Below, one piece after another: positions 47,645-59,914 of a stretch of DNA of 64,000 bases. The stretch comes from Oikopleura dioica (taxonomy: Eukaryota; Animalia; Chordata), in NCBI GenBank assembly GCA_907165135.1, contig OU015568.1:5208001-5272000 (forward strand), given 5' to 3'. Position 1 is the stretch's first letter, and each line of letters opens with the position of its first letter. The notes beneath the pieces are model-generated. The model was not told where the DNA came from, did not search any database, and saw only the letters and a program-made list of their open reading frames with translations. A program made the position numbers and the translations under genes.

Positions 47645-49123
47645 CAGGATGTCCTCAAAAGTAAGGAGCAACAGATTTGAAGAAACATCATTCTTGTAAA
47701 TTGACAGAAAACTAAGTCATTTATATTTAATCAATTACTCTATCAACTCACTTTAAAAATAACCAAATATGAGGAAGCATTTCATTTATTTATAAAATCA
47801 AAATAACGAATCTTATTCGCATAAGCATAAATTATGCTTGTGATGTCATTAAATTATGCTGCATAATTCTACCTTTTATCAAGATACTAAATTTAAACAT
47901 TTAACTCCAAATTACGATGTCAGTTTTCAAAACGTAATGGATCTCAATGAGATCATCTCATTTTAAGTCTAGGTTCGTACAGTAAAACCAGTACATCATA
48001 TCTAGTTCGAATGGTTTTTAGTACCAATTAACTGTCGTCGGCATTTAAACGCTCAGATAGTTATCGATGTCGCTGATTTCCTACGGTTTTCAGGAGATCT
48101 GGATATTTTCTATAAGGTTAACATCAAGTCACTTAGTTGTTTTCAAAAGTCGCTGATGAAACCTTACCTTTGATTTTCCATGACAATCAATAAAGAATTC
48201 AAAATCTCTTTTTCATCATAATTAGCTATTAACAGTAATCAGCATTCAAGCGCTCTTTACTGATTTATAACTGTTCTCTTGCATTTTAAGAAATATTCAA
48301 AATTGGTACGCACTTTTATACCTAAGAAAAAGAAAGGTGTGAAATGATAAAAAATCTATTTTCGACCTCTGGTCCCTTGAAAGTCCCGATAGCACAGATG
48401 TGCCAGTCCTCTTTTTTTCTAAAGCAGGAAATACCAAAGGCCCTTTATAAAATTGCGGAAAGGATGACAGGATTGTGGCGTTGAATTGAATCAAAATTTC
48501 GCTTTTCGAATTTTGTTTTGGGCTGGGTCCGTAACTTTTGCGCGTCATCTCGGGCGGCTCTGGGTCCGTTTTATCTCAAACAAAGTGACATGCTCCGGAT
48601 AGACACTTCGAAGCCTTTTTTTGCTGCTTGATAACATCCCACTAAAATACGCATACTGTAAGTAAACGTAGGGCATATACAGTCATGCAAGTTCATTTTC
48701 GTCATGGATTTTTTATGATTTCTTGTGGAAATTTTTGTCTAGAAAAAAGTTCAGACTAATTATTCCAAATCTTAGATCTTCGATTCGAGCATTCGTTAAT
48801 TGGTCTTAAGGGGGTTTGTTCTATAAATAGCGATAAAAAACGCGGCCACGTGCTTAACGAGCCCGATGACGGCATGGGGCGGCACAGGGGGGCTCGTAAG
48901 TGCCTGGCGCGATAACCTTTATCAATTATTTGGCAAACGAGACAATGCAACTTTTAGAAGGCGCCCTGCCGTGCGATAAACCCTCCTCCCAAGTGCCCAA
49001 AGCTTCGAATTGCTCCATCCAATTATTCGATATACATTTTTAACAACAATTTTTATTAGGAAAGTGACACCCTTAATTTATTATTATTTTATTAAAAAGA
49101 TAATTTATTAAAAAAATAAAGAT

Positions 49124-51350
49124 TTAAAAAGAAGCTTCCGTTGTTGGATCTTCAATTCTTTCAAGACCTTCGTTATCATCGACAACTTCTTGAGCCGCTT
49201 GAATCTTATTCGGATTTTTATAAAATTCTACCGCCTCTTCGATTGTTTGCAAAATCGGCCGACCCTAAGAACAAAGAAAATCTAAAAAGCCGCAGAAGAA
49301 AAATCGACCGACCTTCACTTCAGGAAGCAGAAACATGAGCGCGCCGCCGACGATTCCAAAAATGCCAAAAATGAGATAAATGACCAATTGACTTTCTATT
49401 TGGATAATGAAAGGGCTGACGAAACCGCCGATTCTGCCTGTCATTGAGGCGAAACCAATTCCAGTGGAGCGGACTTCTGTTGGGTACAGCTCGCCGGCAT
49501 AGACGTAGATTGCGCAAAAAGCGCCGCTGACAGCGAATTTGCCTAAAAAATTGGTCATTTTTCGGTTATTTTTGGTCAAAAAAGCGCACGAACCGACGAA
49601 AGAAAGCCATCTGACTGCCTCATCCTCCCCCACTTCTGCTAAAATCGCGCAACCAACAGAAACGATTCCTCCAAAAAGCATCAATCCACCCGAACACCAC
49701 TTTCTTCCAACAATATCGAGAGCGAAAGTGACCAAAGAATACCCCAGCAGTTCCATGATTCCATTTATCGTATTGTTCAAGTACAAATTTCCACTGATGC
49801 TGGATACATTGAAGGATAAGCCGTAGTAGGAAAGAACTGTGGAAATGAAGCCAAAACCCATGATTAGGGCAACTTTTCGCATTTCTTTGTGTTTGAGCAA
49901 ATCCAAAATCGTGAACTTCTTCACTTCTGCTTCTTCTTCTCCCTTTTTCTCCTCAACTTTTCGGATCTCTTCTTCCAAATGATTGAGGAACTCATCGTCA
50001 AGGGACTTGTTTGTTTTCTCGGAAAACTCGGTCAGGACCTTCCTCGCTTCTTCATCCAATTTTCTTGAGTACAAAAAGCTCGGTGACTCGGGAAAGAAAG
50101 GCGTGACAACGAGGAAGATCAAGTGAGCCATGGCGACTGCAAAAGTCAATCCTCGCCAATCCGGAAAGAAATACCCGAAGCCGGAGAACATGATGTATCC
50201 CATTGCGTAGTAAACATGACTGGTTGCTCCAGCTACAGATCGTTTCGTTGGGCCGAGAACTTCCAGGGAATAAGCAACGAAAGCGAGCCAGGAAGTATGG
50301 TGGGTTCCGTTGTTGAGGGTTCTATAATTGAAGATGCGGATTGAAATCAAGGAAGATTACCTGAGAATCAAAAAGCCCCACTTGTCCGGCATCAAAGAAT
50401 GAATAAAGAGCAAAACCATTGTTACAACATGCCAAACAAGCAAAGAATTTTTTCTTCCGAATCGATCTGAAAAGCAATGGATGGCATGTTTTAGAGAAAA
50501 AATTGAAAATACTCATTATTTAGGTATCTTTGTTTCCATTTTGATTTTGTCTATTAGAGTTTGAGTTTGTGTTTGTGACTGTATTTTGGATTGCTATTGT
50601 GATTGTGATTGTGAGTTTTTGTATTTGAGATTTCTTGAAACTGAAGTTGTGGAAAGAAATTAAGAACGTTCGAATTTCGTACCTGTGTAAATGCCAGAAA
50701 TGAAAGCGCCGAGCAGAAGGCCAAATAAGCCCATGGCTGTTGACAGAGAGTCAAACCATTCCATTCCGCAGTGCAAAGTAAACTGGGGGACCGCAGTCTC
50801 CCATGGCTCTCCCTTGTCGAACATCAGATTCGTGACATTTTCACGCAGCGATCGGTCATATTCGTAACTCTCGCAAGCGACCCACTCTGATTTTTCTTGT
50901 GCATCTTTAACCAGGCAAGCTTTGAGGCTGTCAAAGCTGGAAGAGTCGCAGCCAGCGACAGTTTCGTTGGAAAAATTGCAATGGAAACAACCGCCATCTT
51001 GGGAAGAATCGAAGTTTTGACAAGATTGAGTATCAGTTGATAGTTCGAAGATTTCGTCGAAAGAGAATTTGTCTGCCAGACCAAGGTGGTCAAAAGCGCT
51101 AGTGCATCGATACGGAGGCTAGCGCAATGGTTAAAAATCGAGGGGCTACAGTAATTGCTTACAGTATATTGCGCGAAAACGGGGTACATCGACATGAATC
51201 CTCCAGCTAACGAAGCTACCCCGCCAACAGCTGTGATTCGGAACTGATACCATGAAAGATGCGGTAGCCGATCCCACACAAGGTCGAAACCACTCTTACT
51301 GTCTGAATCCTCTTTTGTTTTTGCTTAATTTTAAAGATCTTACCTGCCAT
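49124..51350 (-). CDS. SLC22-family (MFS) organic cation/anion transporter-like protein
   Basis: MADSKSGFDLVWDRLPHLSWYQ, Cys-containing first loop, DRFGRK, LEVLGPTKRS, FPESP, LSYYGL, DIVGRK, YAGELYPTEVRSTG, LLPEVKGRPILQTIEE, ...EASF-stop at 49124. Canonical introns. Confidence 0.93.
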
Positions 51351-51625
51351 AAGAAAAAATTCTCTGTCTGCGAGTCAAACTTAGCTCTTTCAGTACAAAG
51401 TTGTAGGTAAATTTGAGCAACAAATAACACTCTTCCCAGAATAAATCTCATAATAGACGGGTTTTATGGTCAAAACCGTGCGTATTTGACCGTTCTGTAA
51501 ATACGAGTAAATGACCTGTACTAATAATAAGATCTTGTGGGCGAATCTCATTGAGCAAATTTTTTCTTAGCAAATACAGTATAACCTGATACTAAAAATC
51601 ATTTCCATCATGCATTTGTCTCAAA

Positions 51626-53258
51626 ATGTCGCGAAAAAAGGGCAAAATAAGTGTTGAAAAAGAAGAGATTCCCGCAAAATACTTGACTGGAAATTACTAC
51701 TTTGAGAGCGGGGCATTTACGAAAGGAAAGACCTTCGTGAACAAGTGCAGAATTTGTGAGTAAGTCATCATTTCTGCACTTTTTTTTGCCATATGATAAG
51801 TATTCGTGATTTAATTTTAAAGTGTAATTGCGATAAAATTCTATTGCAACTTTCAATGTTCCAATGGAGAGCCTGCGAATCATGTTTACTGTATGGATTG
51901 TTTGTCGCAGCAAAATTTTGTTCATAAGCCTTAGGGTGGGCAAAATTCTTCATTGAAAAAACACGCGAATACTTGCAAACCCTAGTAGAGGCCAAACTGT
52001 AATTGCAGACAGTTTGATTATCGAATGGATCTTTGTCATCTTTTGATGCAAATTCGCTTCAATTGCTTTTACCTCGAATGCAAGGAATCCCTGACTTTCA
52101 CAAAATTCCTCCAACATTATCAACGCTGCGAATTCGCTCCAACCAGGGGTCTGGATTTTGGCCGAAAATGAAAAGCGAAAGCGAAAATTTTCTGAAAATT
52201 AAAAGCGAAAGCGAAGCGAAGCGAATCAAAATTACCAAAGCGAAAGCGAAGCGAAGCGAAAATTTTTCTCAAAAAGCGAAAAATCGCGAAATCTTTCCCA
52301 ATTCTTTGGAGGCTAAAATTGGCCGAATCGATAGATTATTTCTTTCAAATTCAGCGCTGCTATAGGGTTTACAACTGTAAATTTTCAACTTAAACCCAAA
52401 AAATTTGACTTTTTGACTCCAGGTAGCTTCAAGTGACGAATAAATTTTAATTTAAGACGGATAGAATCCAAAAAATTCACAAATCAGTTGATTTTTGAAT
52501 TATTTTCACACATTTTGTGTTCTGAAAAGTTAAAAAAAATTTTTTTGTGAAAAGCGAAAGCGAAGCGAAGCGAACTGAAATTACTAAAAGCGAAAGCGAA
52601 GCGAAGCGAATTGAAATTACAAAAAGCGAAATCGCTCATGAGCGAAATCGCTAAGCGAATCCAGACCCCTGCTCCAACAGGCCGAGCTCGCTTTCCTGAA
52701 GATCAAGAAGTCATACCAGTGAATGAAGGCAACAAAGAAGCAATAGAAGCTCGTCTTCCTGATGGCTTCGAAAGAGACCTCAACTCCCGAGAAAATGAAC
52801 TGCAATCAACGAGGAAAGAATTTGAGAAAATTTTCAACGAAGAGAAATCGCTATCTGATCATCTGAAGTCAGTTGACAAGAGGATAAGAGATAACTCATT
52901 AAAGACAGAAAATCTTCTGCAGGAAAATGAGGTTCTTACACGAGACAAAACTGAAACTGAGAAGAAGCTAAATATATTAAAAGAAAAGCAAGAATGCATT
53001 CGAGAGAAACCTGCAGCTCCAGCGGCCTATGAAGGTAATAGAATAACAGCTCATTTTTGTATTATTTCAGGACAAGCGGACGAAAACTCCTGCAAAATCT
53101 ATTTTCTTCTCTTCGATACAAATCTTCACCAGCGTTCATGTATCACGACATGCGGCCATTCTTTCTGCAAATCTTGCTTGAACGCTGTCGATCCAAAGAT
53201 CTTCCCGATTTGTAGAACACCATTCAGGATGAATGAAATCATTCAAATTTTCTTATAA
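51626..53258 (+). CDS. RING-like / TRAF-like zinc finger / coiled coil / degenerate C-terminal RING-HC protein (paralog X)
   Basis: MSRKKGKISVEKEEIPAKYL..CRIC|DV..C..HVYCMDC..HK|PNCNC..RFNCFYLECKESLTF..HYQRCEF..|RFPED..coiled coil..CKIYFLLFDTNLHQRSCITTCGHSFCKSCL..IFPICR. Introns ~51763-51822, 51928-51990, 52149-52680 and 53035-53070. Confidence 0.85.
52144..52671. mobile_element. 528-bp hAT-like TIR element that forms an intron of paralog X
   Basis: Perfect 14-bp TIR CAGGGGTCTGGATT / AATCCAGACCCCTG; direct repeat CTCCAAC on both sides (52137-52143, 52672-52678; 8 bp if the terminal G is shared); internal (AAGCG)n arrays at ~52172-52260 and ~52552-52610. Confidence 0.9.
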
Positions 53259-53544
53259 AAAAACGCTCGTTTTCAAATTTCTATATGATTCTTCTTCTTT
53301 TGTTGACCTTCACATTTATCCAATAAAATTTTATAACGACATCATTTATTGTAACGAATTTTGGAAAGACCCGTTGTTGTCACTGAAAAATTAAAGATTT
53401 GACCTTTCCCGTCAAAAAATATTTAATTTTAAAGATTTAATTTGTAAGAATTGAAAAACGTGGCTGCCCGTCACCCGAATGAGTAGACTCCTCCGGCGAA
53501 TTTCGCTTGGCAAATATTAAGCGATATTAAAAAACTCCTTCTCC

Positions 53545-53581
53545 CTCTTTCGAACGCACGTTTTGTCGTTTATACGCAGAT
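53545..53581 (+). promoter_or_regulatory. Putative trans-splice (outron) acceptor immediately upstream of paralog Y ATG
   Basis: Pyrimidine-rich tract ctccttctccctctttcgaacgcacgttttgtcgtttatacgCAG ends 2 nt before ATG 53582, about 320 nt after the paralog X stop. Confidence 0.45.
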
Positions 53582-54540
53582 ATGTCACAAAAAAGAGGCT
53601 ATTTGAGTATCGAAAAACAAGAGATTCCAGCAAAGTATTTGGATGGTAATTACCGGTTCGAAGAATACAATGATCAAATGCATTCGATAGAACAGAAGCG
53701 CGTTTTCAAATGCCAAATCTGCTCGTATGTTCTGTAGAAGTGAAACGGAAAGATATTTTACTCTTTTAGAGTGGTTCCAGAAAAGTCTTACAATAATTTA
53801 TGCAGTTCGCGAAGAAATGTCAACAATTTTTGCATGGATTGCGTCGCAACGCAAAATCTCAAGCACAGAACAGACTGCGGCTGTGGAACTCGTAATTTTC
53901 ACACAATTAATCCATCCCAGCTTACCACACGATTCAAATGCTATTTTATTGAGTGCAGAGCTTCTTTGACCTTTAAAGAATTTTTTGAACACTATAAACG
54001 ATGCGAATTTTCGTCAGGCGGTCTTCGTTTTCCAGAAGATGATATTGAGAGAAACCTCGACTCCCGAGAAAATGAATTGCAATCATTGAGGAATGAGTTA
54101 GGGAAGATTTTAATCGAAGAAAAAGAGTTATCGAAACAGCTCACCACCATTGACAAGAAGATTTATGATAACACCTCCAAGATAAACAATCTCGAGCTGG
54201 AAAATAAGCAGCATGAACGAAATAAAAAGGATATCAATGTGAAAATGAATTTACTTACTAAGAAAAAAGAAAAACTTCGGGAGAAAACAGCAAGTCCACA
54301 ACTTACTAAAGGTTGATTAAATTCAAAAGACTGTTGCTTAAAATATTTACAGATCAAGTAGACGAGAACTGCTGTAAAATCTGCTGCCTTCCCTACGATA
54401 CAAATCTTCATCAACGTTCATGCATCATAAAATGCGGGCATTCTTTTTGCAAATCATGCTTGAATACAGTCAACCCGAAGATCTGCCCGAGTTGCCGAAA
54501 ACCGTTCAATGTGAATGAAATCATTCAAATTTTTTTGTAA
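53582..54540 (+). CDS. RING-like / TRAF-like zinc finger / coiled coil / RING-HC E3-ligase-like protein (paralog Y)
   Basis: MSQKRGYLSIEKQEIPAKYL..CQICS|V..FCMDC..DCGC..RFKCYFIECRASLTF..HYKRCEF..RFPED..coiled coil..CKICCLPYDTNLHQRSCIIKCGHSFCKSCLNTVNPKICPSCR (complete C3HC4). Two GT-AG introns. Confidence 0.9.
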
Positions 54541-55293
54541 AAATATAATCATGCTTAAGAAATTCATCTTGATTCTTTATTGTCCATCTTAATATGTCCT
54601 TAAGGGTAATACCTTCGATTTCCGCAACTTTCCCATTGAATAACTCGGAAAATGTCAAAGAAATCGGAAATCCAATGGGGTTTCTAAGTAGATCTATCTT
54701 AGATCATTAATTTGTCAGAAGCGTTTTTGGAGTGCTCAACGAAAAATTGGTTAAATTTTAGGTCAAAGTGGTCAACTATGTCAAAATTGACTTTATTCAC
54801 GGTCGAATAGCTCGGAAGTTAGTCTGTTAACATGGCCTTCTTTAATTTTTTAAATGTACAATAGAGCTTTATCTTCAATGTGTCAGAAGGATTTGACGAT
54901 TGAAAGCAGAAAGACACTAAAAATAATTTTTTGAAAATTGTGTATCGGTAATTTTACCGAAATTGTGCATTTTTCAAAAGTTTGCGACACATTTTTGCCT
55001 CTAGAATCTAAAGTATGTTACTGAGAGCATTTTTAAGCCCACCAAAATACTCCCCTTGCTCTAAGCTTTCAAAAAAGCCCTTACTCGAGAAAATCGAAGA
55101 CCAAAAATTTTCTCCGAAAAAACTTCTAGAGCCCATATCTTGGGAGTGGTCAAGAATTTCAAAATTCTTTCAATATCAAACTTAGATAGAATTTTATGTA
55201 GAATTTATTTTTGAGAACCACTTTTATGTCCTTTGGAGATAAAGCCTATTTTTAAAATCGAAGGTAGTACCCTTAATGGTCATCCAATAAATT

Positions 55294-58200
55294 TCAAATC
55301 ATAAAACTCTGTTTAAATGTTTGAATTGATGAGAACAATGATGTATAATCGTTTGTCATGTTTTGATGGGTCTTCCGAGCGGGAATGCTATTTTCGTTCT
55401 TGAAAACAAAATTTGGACGGAAATCGGGAAGCGTCAAATCGTGAATTGTAAAACTATAAAAAATTTTAGATTTGAATGAAGGCTGACGACTCGTCAGTGA
55501 CGAGGCTGCATCTGCAATAATGATTGGCAATTCAATTTCGATCATTTCTGGCGGTGCGTGCACACAGCAATGTCCAAACAGAATTCAACGACTTGATTTC
55601 GAAGAAATTGATCAACCAACGAGTAATTTCATCCATTTTCGAAGGTTTTATTCCCATTATTTTTGAAGTTCCTGCAAATGACTGTGTGTAAAATTTAATC
55701 CGTTGTTTTTAATCAGATATTTGGACTGTATATTTGGGCAACTACTATTTGGAGTAAAATTTTTGTAGTCAATTTTCATTTTAATTATAAAACTGGTGAT
55801 TTTTTTTTCTGGACCATTTTCTCAAAAAAATTCGTCGATTCCATTTGGACCAAAAATAGCACCTTGTTCAGATCGATTTTTAAGGGTGTTAGAGTAATAA
55901 TTAAGGGTATCTGACTGGGGCATAAGAAAGCCCGGGCCCCGAGCCGGGTTTTCATCAGGGTTTTAGGGGGCCGGGAGGCCCTTAACACCCTTAGAAATGG
56001 GTTTGAACAAGGTGTATTTTTTGGTCCAAATGGGATCGGTGAAATTTTTTGAGAAACAGGTCCAGAAAAAAAAATCTCCAGTTTTATAATTAAAATGAAA
56101 ATTGACTACAGAAATTTTACTCCAAATTTTTCAAACTCCAGAAAATAGTAGCAGCCGTATATTTGACTGATTTAATGCCTTGTGTTTGTGCAATTAGATA
56201 GAGCTTATAATTTTGCTTTTCTTGGAGAAGTTCCAGTATCGACAATTTAGCCTTAGTAGAAAATAATCTCATTATTTGGAAAATTAGTACGATTTCCGTA
56301 TTTTCTCAGGGCGCGCCCGGCTGATCGCATTTACGCCTAATTCAATCACCAAAAATGCGAACTTGACATTGGCCTTCTTGGCGCGTGGCCAAGACACAAC
56401 ATTTGAAAAGCGGAAATCACCGCGCGGTCATTATCGCCGGTAAATTCTAACGAGCACTCAACCAACAAAAACACTACCATTCAACTTCTCAAGAACAGAA
56501 ACCATCGTGGCTGGAACTGAGCCCAAGTTCAAGTCTAGACGGAAGTGCAAGTTTTGACGGCTCAAGTATGATGAGTCTAATGAGCTGAATATCAAAGCTT
56601 TTCTCTTAAACCGGGCTGGACAACTTATCTAAAAGCCTGATTTAAGGAGGTAGATATCGAGAATCGCCATTTTCCGTCATACTTTTCTCTCAAAGTTTAA
56701 ATAGTAACACCCTTATTTTACTTTGGCGACAAAAACTTTAGACCTTTTTTAATCTCTCATAGAAGCCGAAATTTCCGATTTCAAAAAAATTTTGAACAAA
56801 ATTTTTCGTCAAAGAACGCGAACTTTCCTAAAATGGTCATTTTGGCGACAATCAAAGGTGACTGATTTGCATTGTTGCTTCTCGAAAGCTCAAGATATCC
56901 AAATTTTTGGCTTCCATAGGAAAGAGATAATTGTCTGAAAAGAATTTTGAGCAAAAAAATAAGGGGGTCAATTTGTTAAAAATTTGACAAAACAGTGACA
57001 GTAAATCCGATTCTCGATATCTACCCCCTCAATGAGCTAAATAGGGTGACTTTTTACGCTCTGCAATCTGTAAAGGAGCTTGAATAAGAATGTAGCGATA
57101 AATTTATTCGTGACCTCTAAGAACGATATTTACGGGATTATGTAAGGCGGTTGATCGTAAACCTTCAACCCTTCTCCCACCGCCGCCGCGCACACACATT
57201 TGCATATTCTGTTTGATGCGAAAACAGAAAAACGAAAAAGGGTTGACGCCGCTCAAATTTGAAAATGTTGCGCCTTTTCGTGGAATCCTTTCGAGTTGCA
57301 ATTTGAACACTTGAAAGTCGATAAACCGACGGATCAGTTTTGAGCTTCATAAATAAGAAAGGTGAATATATCGCAGGGTTTAAGTATATTTCGAAGCTTT
57401 AAATTCAAACATAAGAAAGACATTCGCAGTAGTCATGCTTTGACACTGAAAGAGTTGATTGATTTCGATGTCGATAATGCTGTTGATAGAGTTGTTCCGG
57501 CTCCAACTCGTTAAGTTTTCGATGAAAACAGGTGAAGAAGAACAAAGCTCCCTGAAAAACTAGAAAAATCATCAAATTTTTTTTTGATTTTGTCCCTGCC
57601 ATCTTACATTCAAAGAAAAGGAAGCCAAATATGAAAGTAAAATGACTTACGATCAACAAAATTGACGGAAGAAGTGGAAAGATCATTACATGCCAAAGCC
57701 TTAATTCAGTTTCATTTTGCTTCTAACTAAGCGCTTATAAAATAATTGCTTGAAACTTTCCTTTGAGTTTGTCCCTCAATATCCATACTTACTGTATTTG
57801 GCGTGGTCCTTAAGAAATTCCGAAAAATCGAATAGTAAGTGATGTTCTTTGGGTCACCAAAGTTCGGGTTGTTCAAGCACGGCTCCGTCTCTTTTATTGT
57901 CCATTAAATTTGTCGATATTTATCAAATTTTAAATGTCGATACGCAATGAATTTTACATGTCGGATTTCTCGAGTTAAGCCGATATTTTATATACTGTTC
58001 GTCGATTTGGAAGGCATCGAGAATGTAAATAAGAAATAAGCATAGTAAAAATAATTGAATAGAAAAGCCCTGATTTTGATGAAGGACCTTTATTTTTACC
58101 AGGAAGGAGGAAATTTCAATTTTGTGTACTTAGGAAAAGACAAAAAGTCCTGATTGTCGATTGTCGTGTTTTTTGCTTGATTGAGCTCGTTAATTAACCG

Positions 58201-58353
58201 GTCCATTATTGCTCCTGTCACGTGTGTTTGGAATACAACTTCGACCCTTTCTTGGGACGAGATGTTAACAAAAGTCGACTCCGGCAGCTTTTCCGAGGAA
58301 AACTCTAATCGGTGCACTTTTCCCGTCATGTTTTTTGAACAGACGATTGACAT
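55294..58353 (-). CDS. Probable multi-exon gene(s) of unknown function
   Basis: Open, splice-flanked segments: MSIVCSKNMTGKVHRLEFSSEKLPESTF..; LKTDPSVYRLSSVQIATRK..; ICKCVCAAAVGEGLKVYDQPPY; VSVLEKLNGSVLLVECSLEFTGDNDRAVISAFQMLCLGH; MDEITRWLINFFEIKSLNSVWTLLCAHAPPEMIEIELPIII..-stop at 55294. May be more than one gene. Confidence 0.5.
55748..56126. mobile_element. ~380-bp foldback element with ~140-bp inverted arms and GC-rich centre
   Basis: tttggagtaaaattttgtagtcaattttcattttaattataaaactgg...ccatttggaccaaaaatagcaccttgttca..taagggtgtta / taacacccttag..tgaacaaggtg..ttggtccaaatgg...ccagttttataattaaaatgaaaattgactacagaaattttactccaaa. Confidence 0.88.
56647..57030. mobile_element. TIR-bounded element (~385 bp)
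   Basis: gaggtagatatcgagaatcg at the left and cgattctcgatatctacccc at the right. Confidence 0.65.
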
Positions 58354-58970
58354 GCTACTAAAAGTAGTACTAAATAGGTAGATAGCTAAAGCAGAGCCAA
58401 TAAAAAAGATAAATTTTCAATTTTTTTTTCTCAAAAAGATAATGAAGCAACACCCTTATTTCTTCGAGATTCAAGAAAAATGAAATCGAAAATGATCATT
58501 TTGAAATATATTTTATTGATCAGTAATTTTTATGTCAACAATGGGTGGAATGGATTCCGCCTCTGCATCAGAAAGTCAAGTTTCATTTTATTCTCTTTTC
58601 TTTGTATTCAAAAATTTCATAAAAATGATTTCTTCAAAAGAATTCATAAATGGTTAAGTTTCATTTTATTCAATTTTCTCTTCTACAGGTCTTATAATGA
58701 ATAGATTCAGAATGGGAAAAAATTGTGTCACCAAAGCTCACTTCCGGCAACAAAATAAACTAGTTTATATAAAGTTGAAGCTAGAACTCTTTTAACTTTT
58801 AAGAATAATGACTTATTTTGGCAATATTTTGCATAGAAAGAATGATATTTTAACAATCAAAAAGTTGATTCCTCTTTGAGGCTCTTACAATGTTTGAAAG
58901 TGGTCACGTGACCAAGGTCAATCATCATCCTTTGGATCATTGAAAATAGGGTCCTCAATTCAACGTCAAG

Positions 58971-59408
58971 ATGGTGCGAAAATATTTGTACGAAAGAGGT
59001 TCAAGGGCTCGTAGACAATATACAAACTCGCCGCAAAATGGGTTCAGCCAATATTGAATATTGTAAACCCAGGTGGAGGAGAATTTATCACGAATTGATG
59101 TGTACTTGGGATTACGGCTGGCTTACCTTTTCACAAGCAAAACATATGCTCGAGCTTATTTCATAAACTGGTCGTTATCGCGTAAAACTTTCGAAACTTT
59201 CGAAATTTTTGAAATTTTAAGGCGCGCCCAAGTTTTCAAGTTCATGTTTAAAGATTTTGTAAACGCGGCTGGAGATAAGCTGGGACAGGGTTTACATAAC
59301 AGCTTCGCGCGTCGAGTGTCCGAGTTTGATAATGACCGACCGCTACTCACTTCCGATTCATTAGCGGATGATTTTGGACACCGGCCAAGCCAAATCGAGG
59401 GGAATTAG
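58971..59408 (+). CDS. Possible small multi-exon gene of unknown function
   Basis: MVRKYLYERGSRARRQYTNSPQN|WRRIYHELMCTWDYGWLTFSQAKH|RAQVFKFMFKDFVNAAGDKLGQGLHNSFARRVSEFDND..GN-stop; second junction needs a GC donor. Confidence 0.35.
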
Positions 59409-59425
59409 TTTGATGAGGGATCAAG

Positions 59426-59570
59426 TCGGGAACCTGTGTCGAAAACCTGAGTCAGGGTTTGAAAGATTCGAGAATGATCTTTCAGACTCTGACTCAGGCT
59501 TTCGACGCAGGTTGCCCGATCCTGTCATACAGTATGAGTCATACAGTATGACTCATACAGTATGAGTCAT
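59426..59570. mobile_element. CCTGASTCAGG-family element with adjacent TGASTCA minisatellite
   Basis: tcgggaacctgtgtcgaaaacctgagtcaggg...ctctgactcaggctttcgacgcaggttgcccga then gtcatacagtatgagtcatacagtatgactcatacagtatgagtcat. Confidence 0.82.
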
Positions 59571-59914
59571 AAACAAGAAAATAAGGCTTCAACTACAGTA
59601 ATATTTTTTACAAAAAAGGCGACACTCCTACTGATCGTTTTGAAAACACGGAAATCCTCATTCAAAAACAAAGACGCGTGAAGAAAAAATGTTCAAAGAG
59701 TCTTTGCTCGCTCGAGCGAATTCAGCGCGACCTGAAAAGGTCAGAAAAGCTTCGGAGAATATCAATAGAAAAAGGGGTTTTCTTTCGGTAAAATAATAAT
59801 ACCCAATAAAGAATGTTGACAATACAAATTTACTCAAGCTAATCAGTCGGCCGTTCTGCCGGGGGATCACGTGTCAATTGTCGGTTTTCGCTATTTTTCA
59901 GACCTGAGCTCCGA

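Noticed and set aside
49539-50344. Plus-strand ORFs 49539-49826 and 50123-50344
   Set aside because: Antisense to the SLC22 transporter.
52172-52610. Regularly repeated AAGCG units as a CRISPR-like or telomeric array
   Set aside because: No unique spacers, eukaryotic context, and not a known telomere repeat; they are subterminal repeats of the TIR element.
52033-52680. ORF 52033-52365 and the first ~23 codons of ORF 52611-53258
   Set aside because: Both translate the (AAGCG)n arrays of the inserted element; they are not part of the spliced protein.
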